Assembly: GCA_026395055.1 (NCBI GenBank)
Contig: JAPLZK010000003.1
Span: 278,379 to 342,378 of the forward strand
Reading direction: 5' to 3'
Source: Candidatus Uhrbacteria bacterium
GTDB lineage: Bacteria > Patescibacteriota > Patescibacteriia > UBA9934 > GWF2-40-263
Length of the DNA stretch: 64,000 bases
In this document: in pieces, positions 57,543-64,000 of the stretch
Numbering within the stretch: the first letter of the stretch is position 1
How the letters are laid out: every line of letters starts with the position of its first letter
The notes under the pieces: generated by a model
What the model was told of the DNA's origin: nothing
The model's input: only the letters and a program-made list of their open reading frames with translations
The model's database searches: none
Program-made: the position numbers and the translations under genes

Positions 57543-58030
57543 TTATTGAACCAACGCGACTGGCACGGAGAATGTTTTTTCATTCTCAGGCAAACCAGAT
57601 GGATTATCATTTTTAAACACGAGCGTTCCTGCATTCGTTAAATGTGTCTCATCAAATTTCAGCGTTGCTTCAAACGGGACAAAATCTGCGGTCATCCAAT
57701 TTCCTTTTGCTTGTGCCGTTCCACTTGCGATGATTTCCTTTTTGCCGTTTAGAAGGACGATGGGAAACGATCCTTCAAAAAACCAAGAGCCACGCGCTTT
57801 GCCGACAATCTTGAGGGGAGATCCAATAAGCTCATTGGCTCTTGGTGATTCAATCGAGATCTCGGGTTGTGAAACGGGTGTTGGAGTGCTTCTGGCTTGG
57901 AAGTTTCTTCTGTTGCTGGCCTAAGCGTTTGCACTGTTCTTGAGAGATTCACGCGATAAACGAGTAAACCGATCAATCCAACACAACATACGACCAAAAC
58001 TGAAATCAGAACGGAGTGCTTGTAGTTCAT
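57543..58030 (-). pseudogene. Membrane-anchored protein gene split by an apparent frameshift at an A6/T6 homopolymer (57777..57782)
   Basis: Frame A (57749..58030) encodes an N-terminal TM anchor. Frame B continues open to the TAA at 57543 but lacks its own start. Confidence 0.35.
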
Positions 58031-58066
58031 ATGCCCCTATCATACAATATCGGCGAACAATCGCCT

Positions 58067-59176
58067 ATGTCACTTCCCTTCAAAATACGTGTGATCTCAA
58101 CACTTTATCGATCGATCCTGAAACCGATCTTGTTTAAACGTGATCCGGAAAATGTCCACGATACCATGATGCGTATTGGATCCACACTTGGTCACCACCG
58201 AATCACACAATTCATCACGCACACACTTTTCTTTTTCGAACATCCTGTGCTCGAACAAACCGTTGCGGGAATTCACTTTAGAAATCCAATCGGTCTTGCG
58301 GCTGGATTTGATAAAAACGCGCAGCTCACGAATATTCTTCCAGATGTTGGATTTGGATTTGAAGAAATAGGATCCGTCACCGGTGAACCCTGTTCTGGAA
58401 ATGCACGACCAAGACTTTGGAGACTTCCGGAAGAAAAAAGTCTGCGTGTGTATTACGGATTAAAAAACGACGGAGCAGAAAATATCGCAAAGCGACTTCG
58501 TCTCTCCCGCCTTCACGAGGAGGGGGCTGGGGGGTGGTCTGTTCCCATCGGCATCAGCATCGCTAAAACAAATTGCGCTGCTACCGCCGAGACTCCTGCG
58601 GCAATTGTAGATTATGTAAAAGCTTACCTTGCATTCGAGGAGATCGGCGATTACGTCACCATCAACATCAGTTGCCCGAATGCATTTGGAGGACAACCGT
58701 TTACAGACGCTGCGCGACTCGATCAACTCTTGTCCGCGATTGATGCGGTGCGCGATGTTCGTCCGATCTTTCTCAAACTCTCTCCAGATCTTTCCGAAAC
58801 AGAATTGCACGCACTCGCCGAAGTTGCGCTTGCACATCATGTCGATGGACTCATCACAAGCAATCTTACAAAACAACACGCGCATGGAGATGGAGGATTA
58901 AGTGGCAAAGCCGTTGAAGCACAATCAATCGCGCACCTCACGTATCTACGAAAAACATTTGGAAACAAATTTATTCTCATTGCCTGTGGCGGAGTGTTCT
59001 CCGCGGAAGATGCATACAAACGTATTCGACTCGGCGCGTCACTTATTCAGCTTATCACTGGAATGATCTTCGAAGGGCCACAGCTTATTGGTGAAATCAA
59101 TCGTGGTCTTGTTGAACTTCTGAAACGAGATGGATTTGAATTCATCACGGACATAATTGGAATTGATGTGAAATAA
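58067..59176 (+). CDS. pyrD: Dihydroorotate dehydrogenase (quinone), class 2
   Basis: N-terminal membrane-association helix, FRNPIGLAAGFDKN, and an FMN-binding TIM barrel. Confidence 0.85.
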   Translation: MSLPFKIRVISTLYRSILKPILFKRDPENVHDTMMRIGSTLGHHRITQFITHTLFFFEHPVLEQTVAGIHFRNPIGLAAGFDKNAQLTNILPDVGFGFEEIGSVTGEPCSGNARPRLWRLPEEKSLRVYYGLKNDGAENIAKRLRLSRLHEEGAGGWSVPIGISIAKTNCAATAETPAAIVDYVKAYLAFEEIGDYVTINISCPNAFGGQPFTDAARLDQLLSAIDAVRDVRPIFLKLSPDLSETELHALAEVALAHHVDGLITSNLTKQHAHGDGGLSGKAVEAQSIAHLTYLRKTFGNKFILIACGGVFSAEDAYKRIRLGASLIQLITGMIFEGPQLIGEINRGLVELLKRDGFEFITDIIGIDVK

Positions 59177-59290
59177 ATCGTTCTATTGCAAACAAACAAA
59201 TTTTATTCATCGAGCTTATTGAGATACGATTCGCGCACAGCTTTCGATAAGTTCAAGCAATAAAAAAACCGCTTACAAGATGTAAGTCGG

Positions 59291-59764
59291 TCAGCATGTC
59301 GCGCTTTTACGTTCCCATGTCCCATCCTTCATCAGACCGGCAATCCATGGACCACCATTGCGCCAACAATTTTCTTTTTCCGAATAGAGATCTGGATAAT
59401 CCAGAATGTCCAGATCTTCTGTATGCGAAGCACGGAGAGGTTTTGGCCTTTTATTTCCCTGCTCCTTGGTCCATTTATTTTTGAGACCGATACCCAATGC
59501 ATTTGCGGCTCGGAATGGACAATACGTATTGGGAACTTCTGCGATGTCGAGAATCAATCGAGCGAGTATTTTGGGAACATGATGATCCCGTACGAAATCA
59601 AGCACCTCGTATGCATGCAAGGAGTTCTCAAGAAACTTCAAGAGAACAAGTCTCGTGTCGAGTGATTCTCCCATGCGGAGTCTCCAAAAAACTGCGCACC
59701 CATAAGTGCATTCTCCTTGCAAAGAAAGCTTCACATAGGACGGAACACGATCCCAGTTTTTCAT
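59291..59764 (-). CDS. Hypothetical protein
   Basis: ORF only. Weak resemblance to helix-hairpin-helix proteins. Not assignable. Confidence 0.4.
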   Translation of the reverse strand: MKNWDRVPSYVKLSLQGECTYGCAVFWRLRMGESLDTRLVLLKFLENSLHAYEVLDFVRDHHVPKILARLILDIAEVPNTYCPFRAANALGIGLKNKWTKEQGNKRPKPLRASHTEDLDILDYPDLYSEKENCWRNGGPWIAGLMKDGTWERKSATC

Positions 59765-59785
59765 CGTACCTCCATGAGGAAAATG

Positions 59786-60796
59786 TTACAGTCGACGCAG
59801 GATTGCGTCCGTGAATTGTTCCGTGTTGAGCGTGCCGCCCATGTCACCCGTGCGATCGCCTTCGGCAATCGTCTGAAGCAATGCCTCGCGTAGATGCTTC
59901 GCCTCATGCAAGAAGCCATCGTACTCGAGCATCATCGCTGCCGAAAGGATGAGTGCGGTCGGATTCGCGATTCCGCGACCCGCAATGTCGGGAGCCGAAC
60001 CGTGAACCGCTTCGAACATCGCGTACGCGTCCCCGATGCACGCACCGGGTGCGACACCGAGTCCACCGACGAGTCCTGCAGTCATGTCCGACAGAATGTC
60101 TCCAAACAAGTTTTCCGTGACAAGCACGTCAAACCGTTCCGGATGCATTTCGAGCATCATCGACAACGCGTCGATGTGAAGATAGTTGATTTCGAGACCA
60201 GTACCTTCTTCCGCAATGACTTCGTTGAACGCCTCTGTGTAAAGCGCACCCCACATCTTCAAGATGTTGGTCTTGAGCACGAGTGTCAGCTTCTTGCGTC
60301 GCGAGAATACGATGCGAACCGCTTGCCGAACTGTGCGTTTGAATCCTGCTTTCGAAAAATGCGCCGTTGCGTGAACGACATCACCCTCACGAACCTCGAC
60401 ACAATCGTAGTATCCTTCGACACCCTCACGAACAACCACGATGTCGCACGGATGCGATTTCGGAAGTCCGGGAATGTGAATCGCTGGGCGTACGCACGAA
60501 TGAAGCTCCAGCTCTTGGCGAAGCCGAACGTTCACACTTTTGAACCCACCACCACTCGGCGTGGTTGTCGGCCCTTTGATCGCCACTTTGTGGAGGCGAA
60601 TCAAATCGAGCGTTTCATCCGGCAACGAATTGCCGCCATTTGCTTCGGCGCATTCAAGGCCAGCAAGCGCCGGGATCCAATCGATCCGATTGCTCATGAC
60701 TCGGTCCACAACGCGCCGCATGGCACGGAAGACTTCATGGCCAATGCCATCGCCTTCAATCGCGACGACGGAAATTCTGTCAGTCCTGTCTGTCAT
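59786..60796 (-). CDS. Isocitrate/3-isopropylmalate dehydrogenase family protein (LeuB-like)
   Basis: Signature NLFGDILSD. About 340 aa. Confidence 0.75.
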   Translation of the reverse strand: MTDRTDRISVVAIEGDGIGHEVFRAMRRVVDRVMSNRIDWIPALAGLECAEANGGNSLPDETLDLIRLHKVAIKGPTTTPSGGGFKSVNVRLRQELELHSCVRPAIHIPGLPKSHPCDIVVVREGVEGYYDCVEVREGDVVHATAHFSKAGFKRTVRQAVRIVFSRRKKLTLVLKTNILKMWGALYTEAFNEVIAEEGTGLEINYLHIDALSMMLEMHPERFDVLVTENLFGDILSDMTAGLVGGLGVAPGACIGDAYAMFEAVHGSAPDIAGRGIANPTALILSAAMMLEYDGFLHEAKHLREALLQTIAEGDRTGDMGGTLNTEQFTDAILRRL

Positions 60797-60865
60797 TCCA
60801 AACCTCTCTTGCACGTCTTGTGCGCAGCCTATATACCAATTTTTTTCGATTTTGTCAAGATAACA

Positions 60866-60894
60866 ACAAAAGAAAAAGACCTCGTGAAGAGGTC
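60866..60894 (-). terminator. Terminator of tdk
   Basis: GACCTCgtgaaGAGGTC hairpin followed by a T-run on the minus strand, overlapping the stop codon. Confidence 0.5.
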
Positions 60895-61495
60895 AGGAAG
60901 AAAGAATATCCGTCGAAACGGGATTGTGAGAATGTGCAACGCCATTTGGCGGAACGTAGCATTCCAAGCAGCGAGGCTCATACTTATCGGCACTCCCGAC
61001 ATCAAAGCGGTCCGTGCTCTTTGACGTACGCTGTGAGCGCGAGGCGGAATCGATGGTCTTGCAGACCTCACAGATCGCAACCAACTTGTAGATGCGTTGA
61101 GCGAGTGCCATCAATTTTGCCGTCACCATGAACGGCCGTTCTTGGTAATCCAGGTCAAGGCCCGCAACAAGCACGCGCCGACCAGATCGCACGATCCTCA
61201 TGATTACATCAACAACATCGGGATCGTCTTCGAAAAAGTGGATTTCATCAAACGCGACCAGCTTGTGATCTTCATGGAGATGATCAAACACGTCTAGCGC
61301 TTTTGAGATGCGAACGGTTTCACAGATGGAGACATCCACCTGACGATCTGCTCGCGTGTCGTTCATGGATCGAAAAACGATGGAGCGAAGTCCTGCGATC
61401 CGCGCTTTCTTCAATTCGATTTCCAGGTTTTCCGTTTTTCCAGAAAACATGGGACCGGTGTAAACACTGAGTTCGGGTATTTGCGGTCTACGCAT
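60893..61495 (-). CDS. tdk: Thymidine kinase
   Basis: P-loop GPMFSGKT and C-terminal zinc ribbon CEVC...RCLEC. Confidence 0.9.
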   Translation of the reverse strand: MRRPQIPELSVYTGPMFSGKTENLEIELKKARIAGLRSIVFRSMNDTRADRQVDVSICETVRISKALDVFDHLHEDHKLVAFDEIHFFEDDPDVVDVIMRIVRSGRRVLVAGLDLDYQERPFMVTAKLMALAQRIYKLVAICEVCKTIDSASRSQRTSKSTDRFDVGSADKYEPRCLECYVPPNGVAHSHNPVSTDILSS

Positions 61496-61565
61496 CTTTT
61501 CCTCCGATCAAGTTGATCGCGAACATTATAACGTATCAAGTCCGTTTGTCCTGTGGACAAACAAA

Positions 61566-61637
61566 GCACCAAATTTGAAAACACCAAATTCCAAAAGTTC
61601 AGCACCCCTTTGGAATTTAGAATTTTCATTTTGGTGC
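61566..61637. repeat. Palindromic GCACCAAA...TTTGGTGC element (copy 2)
   Basis: GCACCAAATTTGAAAACACCAAATTCCAAAAGTTCAGCACCCCTTTGGAATTTAGAATTTTCATTTTGGTGC in the divergent tdk/RRM-gene intergenic region. The right half is 26/29 identical to copy 1. Confidence 0.55.
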
Positions 61638-61738
61638 TTTGCCCCCTTGCACCCCTTTTGCAACTATGGCATTCTATCTCCTAGCCAGCCCTGTTCGTCG
61701 TAATAGGACGGTGTCATTAATTATTGTGTGTTTCTATT

Positions 61739-61999
61739 ATGAACAACAAGCTTTTCGTAGGCAGCATTCCTTGGAAAACAACAGAAGACGACCTCCGCGC
61801 CGCTTTCGGTGAATTCGGAACTGTCGTTTCTGCACGTATCATCACAGATAAGTTCACAGGAAAGAGTCGTGGATTCGGCTTTGTGGAAATGTCTTCTGAC
61901 GAAGAAGCATTGGCCGTTATCGCAGGTCTCGACGGAAAAGACTTCCAAGGTCGTCCAATCGCGATCAGCGTTGCACGCCCAATGGAAAAACAAGCGTAA
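61739..61999 (+). CDS. RRM-type RNA-binding protein
   Basis: RNP-2 LFVGSI and RNP-1 RGFGFVEM. Confidence 0.8.
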   Translation: MNNKLFVGSIPWKTTEDDLRAAFGEFGTVVSARIITDKFTGKSRGFGFVEMSSDEEALAVIAGLDGKDFQGRPIAISVARPMEKQA

Positions 62000-62010
62000 A
62001 TATTGCAAAA

Positions 62011-62045
62011 ACAAACACAGCTTACAAAAGCTGTGTTTTTTGTTT
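62011..62045 (+). terminator. Rho-independent terminator
   Basis: AACACAGCTtacaaaAGCTGTGTT hairpin followed by a T-run. Confidence 0.6.
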
Positions 62046-62078
62046 CTTTTTTTCATAAACACCCTCGCACACAATCCA

Positions 62079-62107
62079 TTGACAAAATCCTCTTTTTCTG
62101 CTATTAT
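62079..62107 (+). promoter_or_regulatory. Consensus-like sigma70 promoter
   Basis: TTGACA-N17-TATTAT. Confidence 0.5.
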
Positions 62108-62161
62108 CTCCCGTTAATTCTTCATTTCATTTACATCCCAACCGGCACACAAGGAGATTTT

Positions 62162-62338
62162 GTGCACGATCTTCACGCCATTGTCTGGATCCTCTTTGGA
62201 ATCACCCTCTCGATCCTCATGCTCGCTTTCACGGGAGCCTTTCTCGCCCTCGCCTTTGAGAGCTTCGAAGAGCGCTCGCATACCATCGGTAATACGATGG
62301 GACGCATTCCCAGTATCTTGGTCACGAAACGTTGGTAA
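62162..62338 (+). CDS. Small membrane protein (58 aa, GTG start)
   Basis: SD AAGGAG 6 nt upstream of the GTG. Two hydrophobic helices (VHDLHAIVWILFGITLSILMLAFTGAFLALAF...). Confidence 0.45.
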   Translation: MHDLHAIVWILFGITLSILMLAFTGAFLALAFESFEERSHTIGNTMGRIPSILVTKRW

Positions 62339-62380
62339 GGTTCCAACGATTCAATTTCCCATCACGTTCAGGAGGAACAT

Positions 62381-62695
62381 TTGACCACTCACACACGCAT
62401 CCAAACTCTCGCCCTCGGCGCATTGCAGACGGTTGCTCGCGAACACATCGGAAGTGATTTCGATCGCGACGATACGTTGCACGCCGAAATCACGAAAGGT
62501 TGTCGCCGGCAGGACAACCAAACTGTGTTTCACATCAACCTCTCGGGCAAATGCGAACTCGGCGCAGAAGTCACCGTCCATGATGAAGCGTCCGAGGCCC
62601 ACCGTATCTCGATTCTCGTGTTGAGCTATCGGCGCATGCATCAAGAGACGTATCACTGCCCGAACTCGCTCTTCCACACAACCGTCGCAAAGTAG
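62381..62695 (+). CDS. Hypothetical protein (104 aa, TTG start)
   Basis: SD AGGAGG upstream of the TTG. A terminator hairpin lies immediately after the stop. A competing antisense ORF exists. Confidence 0.4.
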   Translation: MTTHTRIQTLALGALQTVAREHIGSDFDRDDTLHAEITKGCRRQDNQTVFHINLSGKCELGAEVTVHDEASEAHRISILVLSYRRMHQETYHCPNSLFHTTVAK

Positions 62696-62704
62696 CTCCC
62701 TCTC

Positions 62705-62734
62705 ACACCCTCGCAAAATGCGTGGGTGTTTTTC
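62705..62734 (+). terminator. Rho-independent terminator
   Basis: ACACCCTCGCAaaaTGCGTGGGTGT hairpin followed by a T4 run. Confidence 0.5.
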
Positions 62735-62828
62735 ATTTGTAATCCGTATCTACAAGTACCCTCCATCATTGACATAAACCCGTTTCAATGATTCAATCGC
62801 GAGTCGGTAAACGACACAGGAGGAACAC

Positions 62829-63551
62829 ATGCGTCGCATCTTAGAACTTGGTGAACAGAAGCCACACGAAAAAGAACCACCCAACAAATGGGTGTTCCGT
62901 GTACTTGATCTCGATCCGGATGATCACTCTGGTCTCGAACTCAGATCCGAAAATGGAACTCTGTATTACGGTGTTCAAGGTACAGAGCTCGAAAACTGCG
63001 CTCGTCTTAATGCAGAAGTTGAAACACGTCTCGCATTAGAATCGTGGATGGAATTCGGAACCAATCCGGATGATCACACGCGCGCCGTTTCGATCATCAT
63101 CCACAATGAAGACGAGTCCGGTTTTCTTCTGCAACGCAAAGATCTGAAACACCCAACACCTAGCTGTCGAGGTCGGTATTCCCTCTTCGGTGGTTCACCA
63201 CACGTTGGCGAAAACATTTTGCATGCCGCGTATCGCGAACTGTTGGAAGAAATTGTGAGCTATCAGGATCTCGATCTTCGTAATTTGAAGCACCTCGAGG
63301 ATCTTACGCTCGATTCTGTACAATGGCCGGGAACGTACACATGTTCCGTGTTCTCCCTTCCTGTTCCGTTTAAAACATTTCAGCAACTTGTTGCGTGCAC
63401 CGCTTTTCATGAATTAGTCTCTGAATCCGTGGGAGTCGTTATCACAAGAGACGAATTCGAAAGCATCCTTCTTCCCCAAGAAATCGAAGAACCGGGACGA
63501 CACTTCGTCGCCTCGCACCATCATGCGATCAATCGCATCCTCTTCCCTTAA
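62829..63551 (+). CDS. NUDIX hydrolase domain protein with N-terminal extension
   Basis: Nudix box GGSPHVGENILHAAYRELLEEIV. SD AGGAGG upstream. Confidence 0.65.
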   Translation: MRRILELGEQKPHEKEPPNKWVFRVLDLDPDDHSGLELRSENGTLYYGVQGTELENCARLNAEVETRLALESWMEFGTNPDDHTRAVSIIIHNEDESGFLLQRKDLKHPTPSCRGRYSLFGGSPHVGENILHAAYRELLEEIVSYQDLDLRNLKHLEDLTLDSVQWPGTYTCSVFSLPVPFKTFQQLVACTAFHELVSESVGVVITRDEFESILLPQEIEEPGRHFVASHHHAINRILFP

Positions 63552-63648
63552 CCGATTCTCAAGTGAGAAGCGGTTTTTCTTTTATCGTCATCTTGACAAA
63601 ATCTACAAAATCGATTATCTTTATCGGTCGTTCACGTTGGATGACATC

Positions 63649-63721
63649 GCTGGTGTAGCTCAATTGGCAGAGCAGCTGATTTGTAATCAGCAGGTTGCGG
63701 GTTCAACTCCCTTCGCCAGCT
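63649..63721 (+). tRNA. tRNA-Thr (anticodon UGU)
   Basis: GCTGGTGTAGCTCAATTGGCAGAGC, GCTGA-TTTGTAA-TCAGC anticodon arm, acceptor 3' CGCCAGC. Imperfect T-stem. No CCA encoded. Confidence 0.7.
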
Positions 63722-63745
63722 CCCGTCGAGACCCCTCGACACAAA

Positions 63746-63820
63746 GCGTCTTTAGCTCAGTCAGGTCAGAGCAGCGGACTTTTAATCCGTTGGTCGAGGG
63801 TTCGAATCCCTCAAGACGCA
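63746..63820 (+). tRNA. tRNA-Lys (anticodon UUU), second and divergent copy
   Basis: GCGTCTTTAGCTCAGTCAGGTCAGAGC, GCGGA-CTTTTAA-TCCGT anticodon arm, GAGGGTTCGAATCCCTC, AAGACGC acceptor. No CCA encoded. Confidence 0.75.
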
Positions 63821-63954
63821 CTCCCCTTAACCGCTTCTCCCTTGAGACGCGGTTTTTTCTTTCTCTGAACGATTGACAGATTGGATTTTTTGGACTACTC
63901 TTTTGTGTCCTGTTCTTTCGCGCTTGAACTATTTACGACTCACAGGGAGGTTGT

Positions 63955-64000
63955 ATGACTGGACAAAACTTTGTTCTCGTCGTTCAGATGCCAAATGAAA
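63955..64000 (+). CDS. 5' end of an unidentified gene (truncated by the window edge)
   Basis: SD GGGAGG 5 nt upstream of ATG, then MTGQNFVLVVQMPNE... Confidence 0.3.
   Translation, partial: MTGQNFVLVVQMPNE

Noticed and set aside
62351-62716. Antisense 121-aa ORF overlapping the 104-aa TTG-start gene
   Set aside because: It has a G-rich first codon position and a protein-like sequence. However, it has no SD, its start lies inside the plus-strand terminator hairpin, and the plus ORF has SD, promoter and terminator support. It is kept as an alternative only.
1-64000. CRISPR arrays, rRNA genes, integrases/transposases and prophage genes
   Set aside because: A visual scan found no short regularly spaced direct repeats, no rRNA-like conserved blocks, and no recombinase or phage structural motifs among the ORFs.

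Overview
This is a 64 kb bacterial chromosomal segment with moderate GC (about 45-50%). It is densely packed, and most genes lie on the minus strand. Housekeeping content includes purA, pyrG, pyrD, tdk, rpmA (L27), rplI (L9), ftsEX, a Bcp peroxiredoxin, a PGI-family isomerase, glycerate kinase, an archaeal-type NMN adenylyltransferase and nrdG. Peptidoglycan and division genes are scattered across the window rather than forming one contiguous dcw block: mraY-ftsW-murG, murD, a MurE-like Mur ligase, an FtsB/DivIC-like protein, RlpA-like and SLT-domain proteins. There are five tRNA genes: Gln-CUG, Thr-CGU, Thr-UGU and two divergent Lys-UUU. No rRNA, CRISPR array, integrase or transposase was seen. 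The window also holds a roughly 15 kb surface-glycan biosynthesis locus (42.0-57.5 kb) with an initiating sugar transferase, a Wzy/O-antigen-ligase-like protein carrying TPR repeats, six glycosyltransferases, three methyltransferases and two polysaccharide deacetylases. A sortase / cupin / LPXTG-anchored adhesin locus sits at 12.5-15.6 kb. The gene content suggests a reduced-genome uncultivated bacterium, possibly CPR/Patescibacteria-like; this is inference only. The most unusual observations are these. (i) The LPXTG adhesin has an otherwise perfect signal peptide interrupted by an in-frame TGA. (ii) An Rnl1-like ATP-dependent RNA ligase lies next to a tandem-duplicated-domain protein that carries a single HEXXH motif. 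(iii) A NUDIX domain is fused to a CobA-type corrinoid adenosyltransferase. (iv) A palindromic GCACCAAA...TTTGGTGC repeat family occurs in two intergenic regions. (v) The pyrG leader contains a 22-bp perfect inverted repeat. (vi) Structured RNA-like elements flank the tRNA genes. (vii) A GC-rich about 1.2 kb island encodes two membrane proteins. (viii) A cluster of small uncharacterised genes (27.1-29.6 kb) includes a double-CxxC acidic miniprotein.
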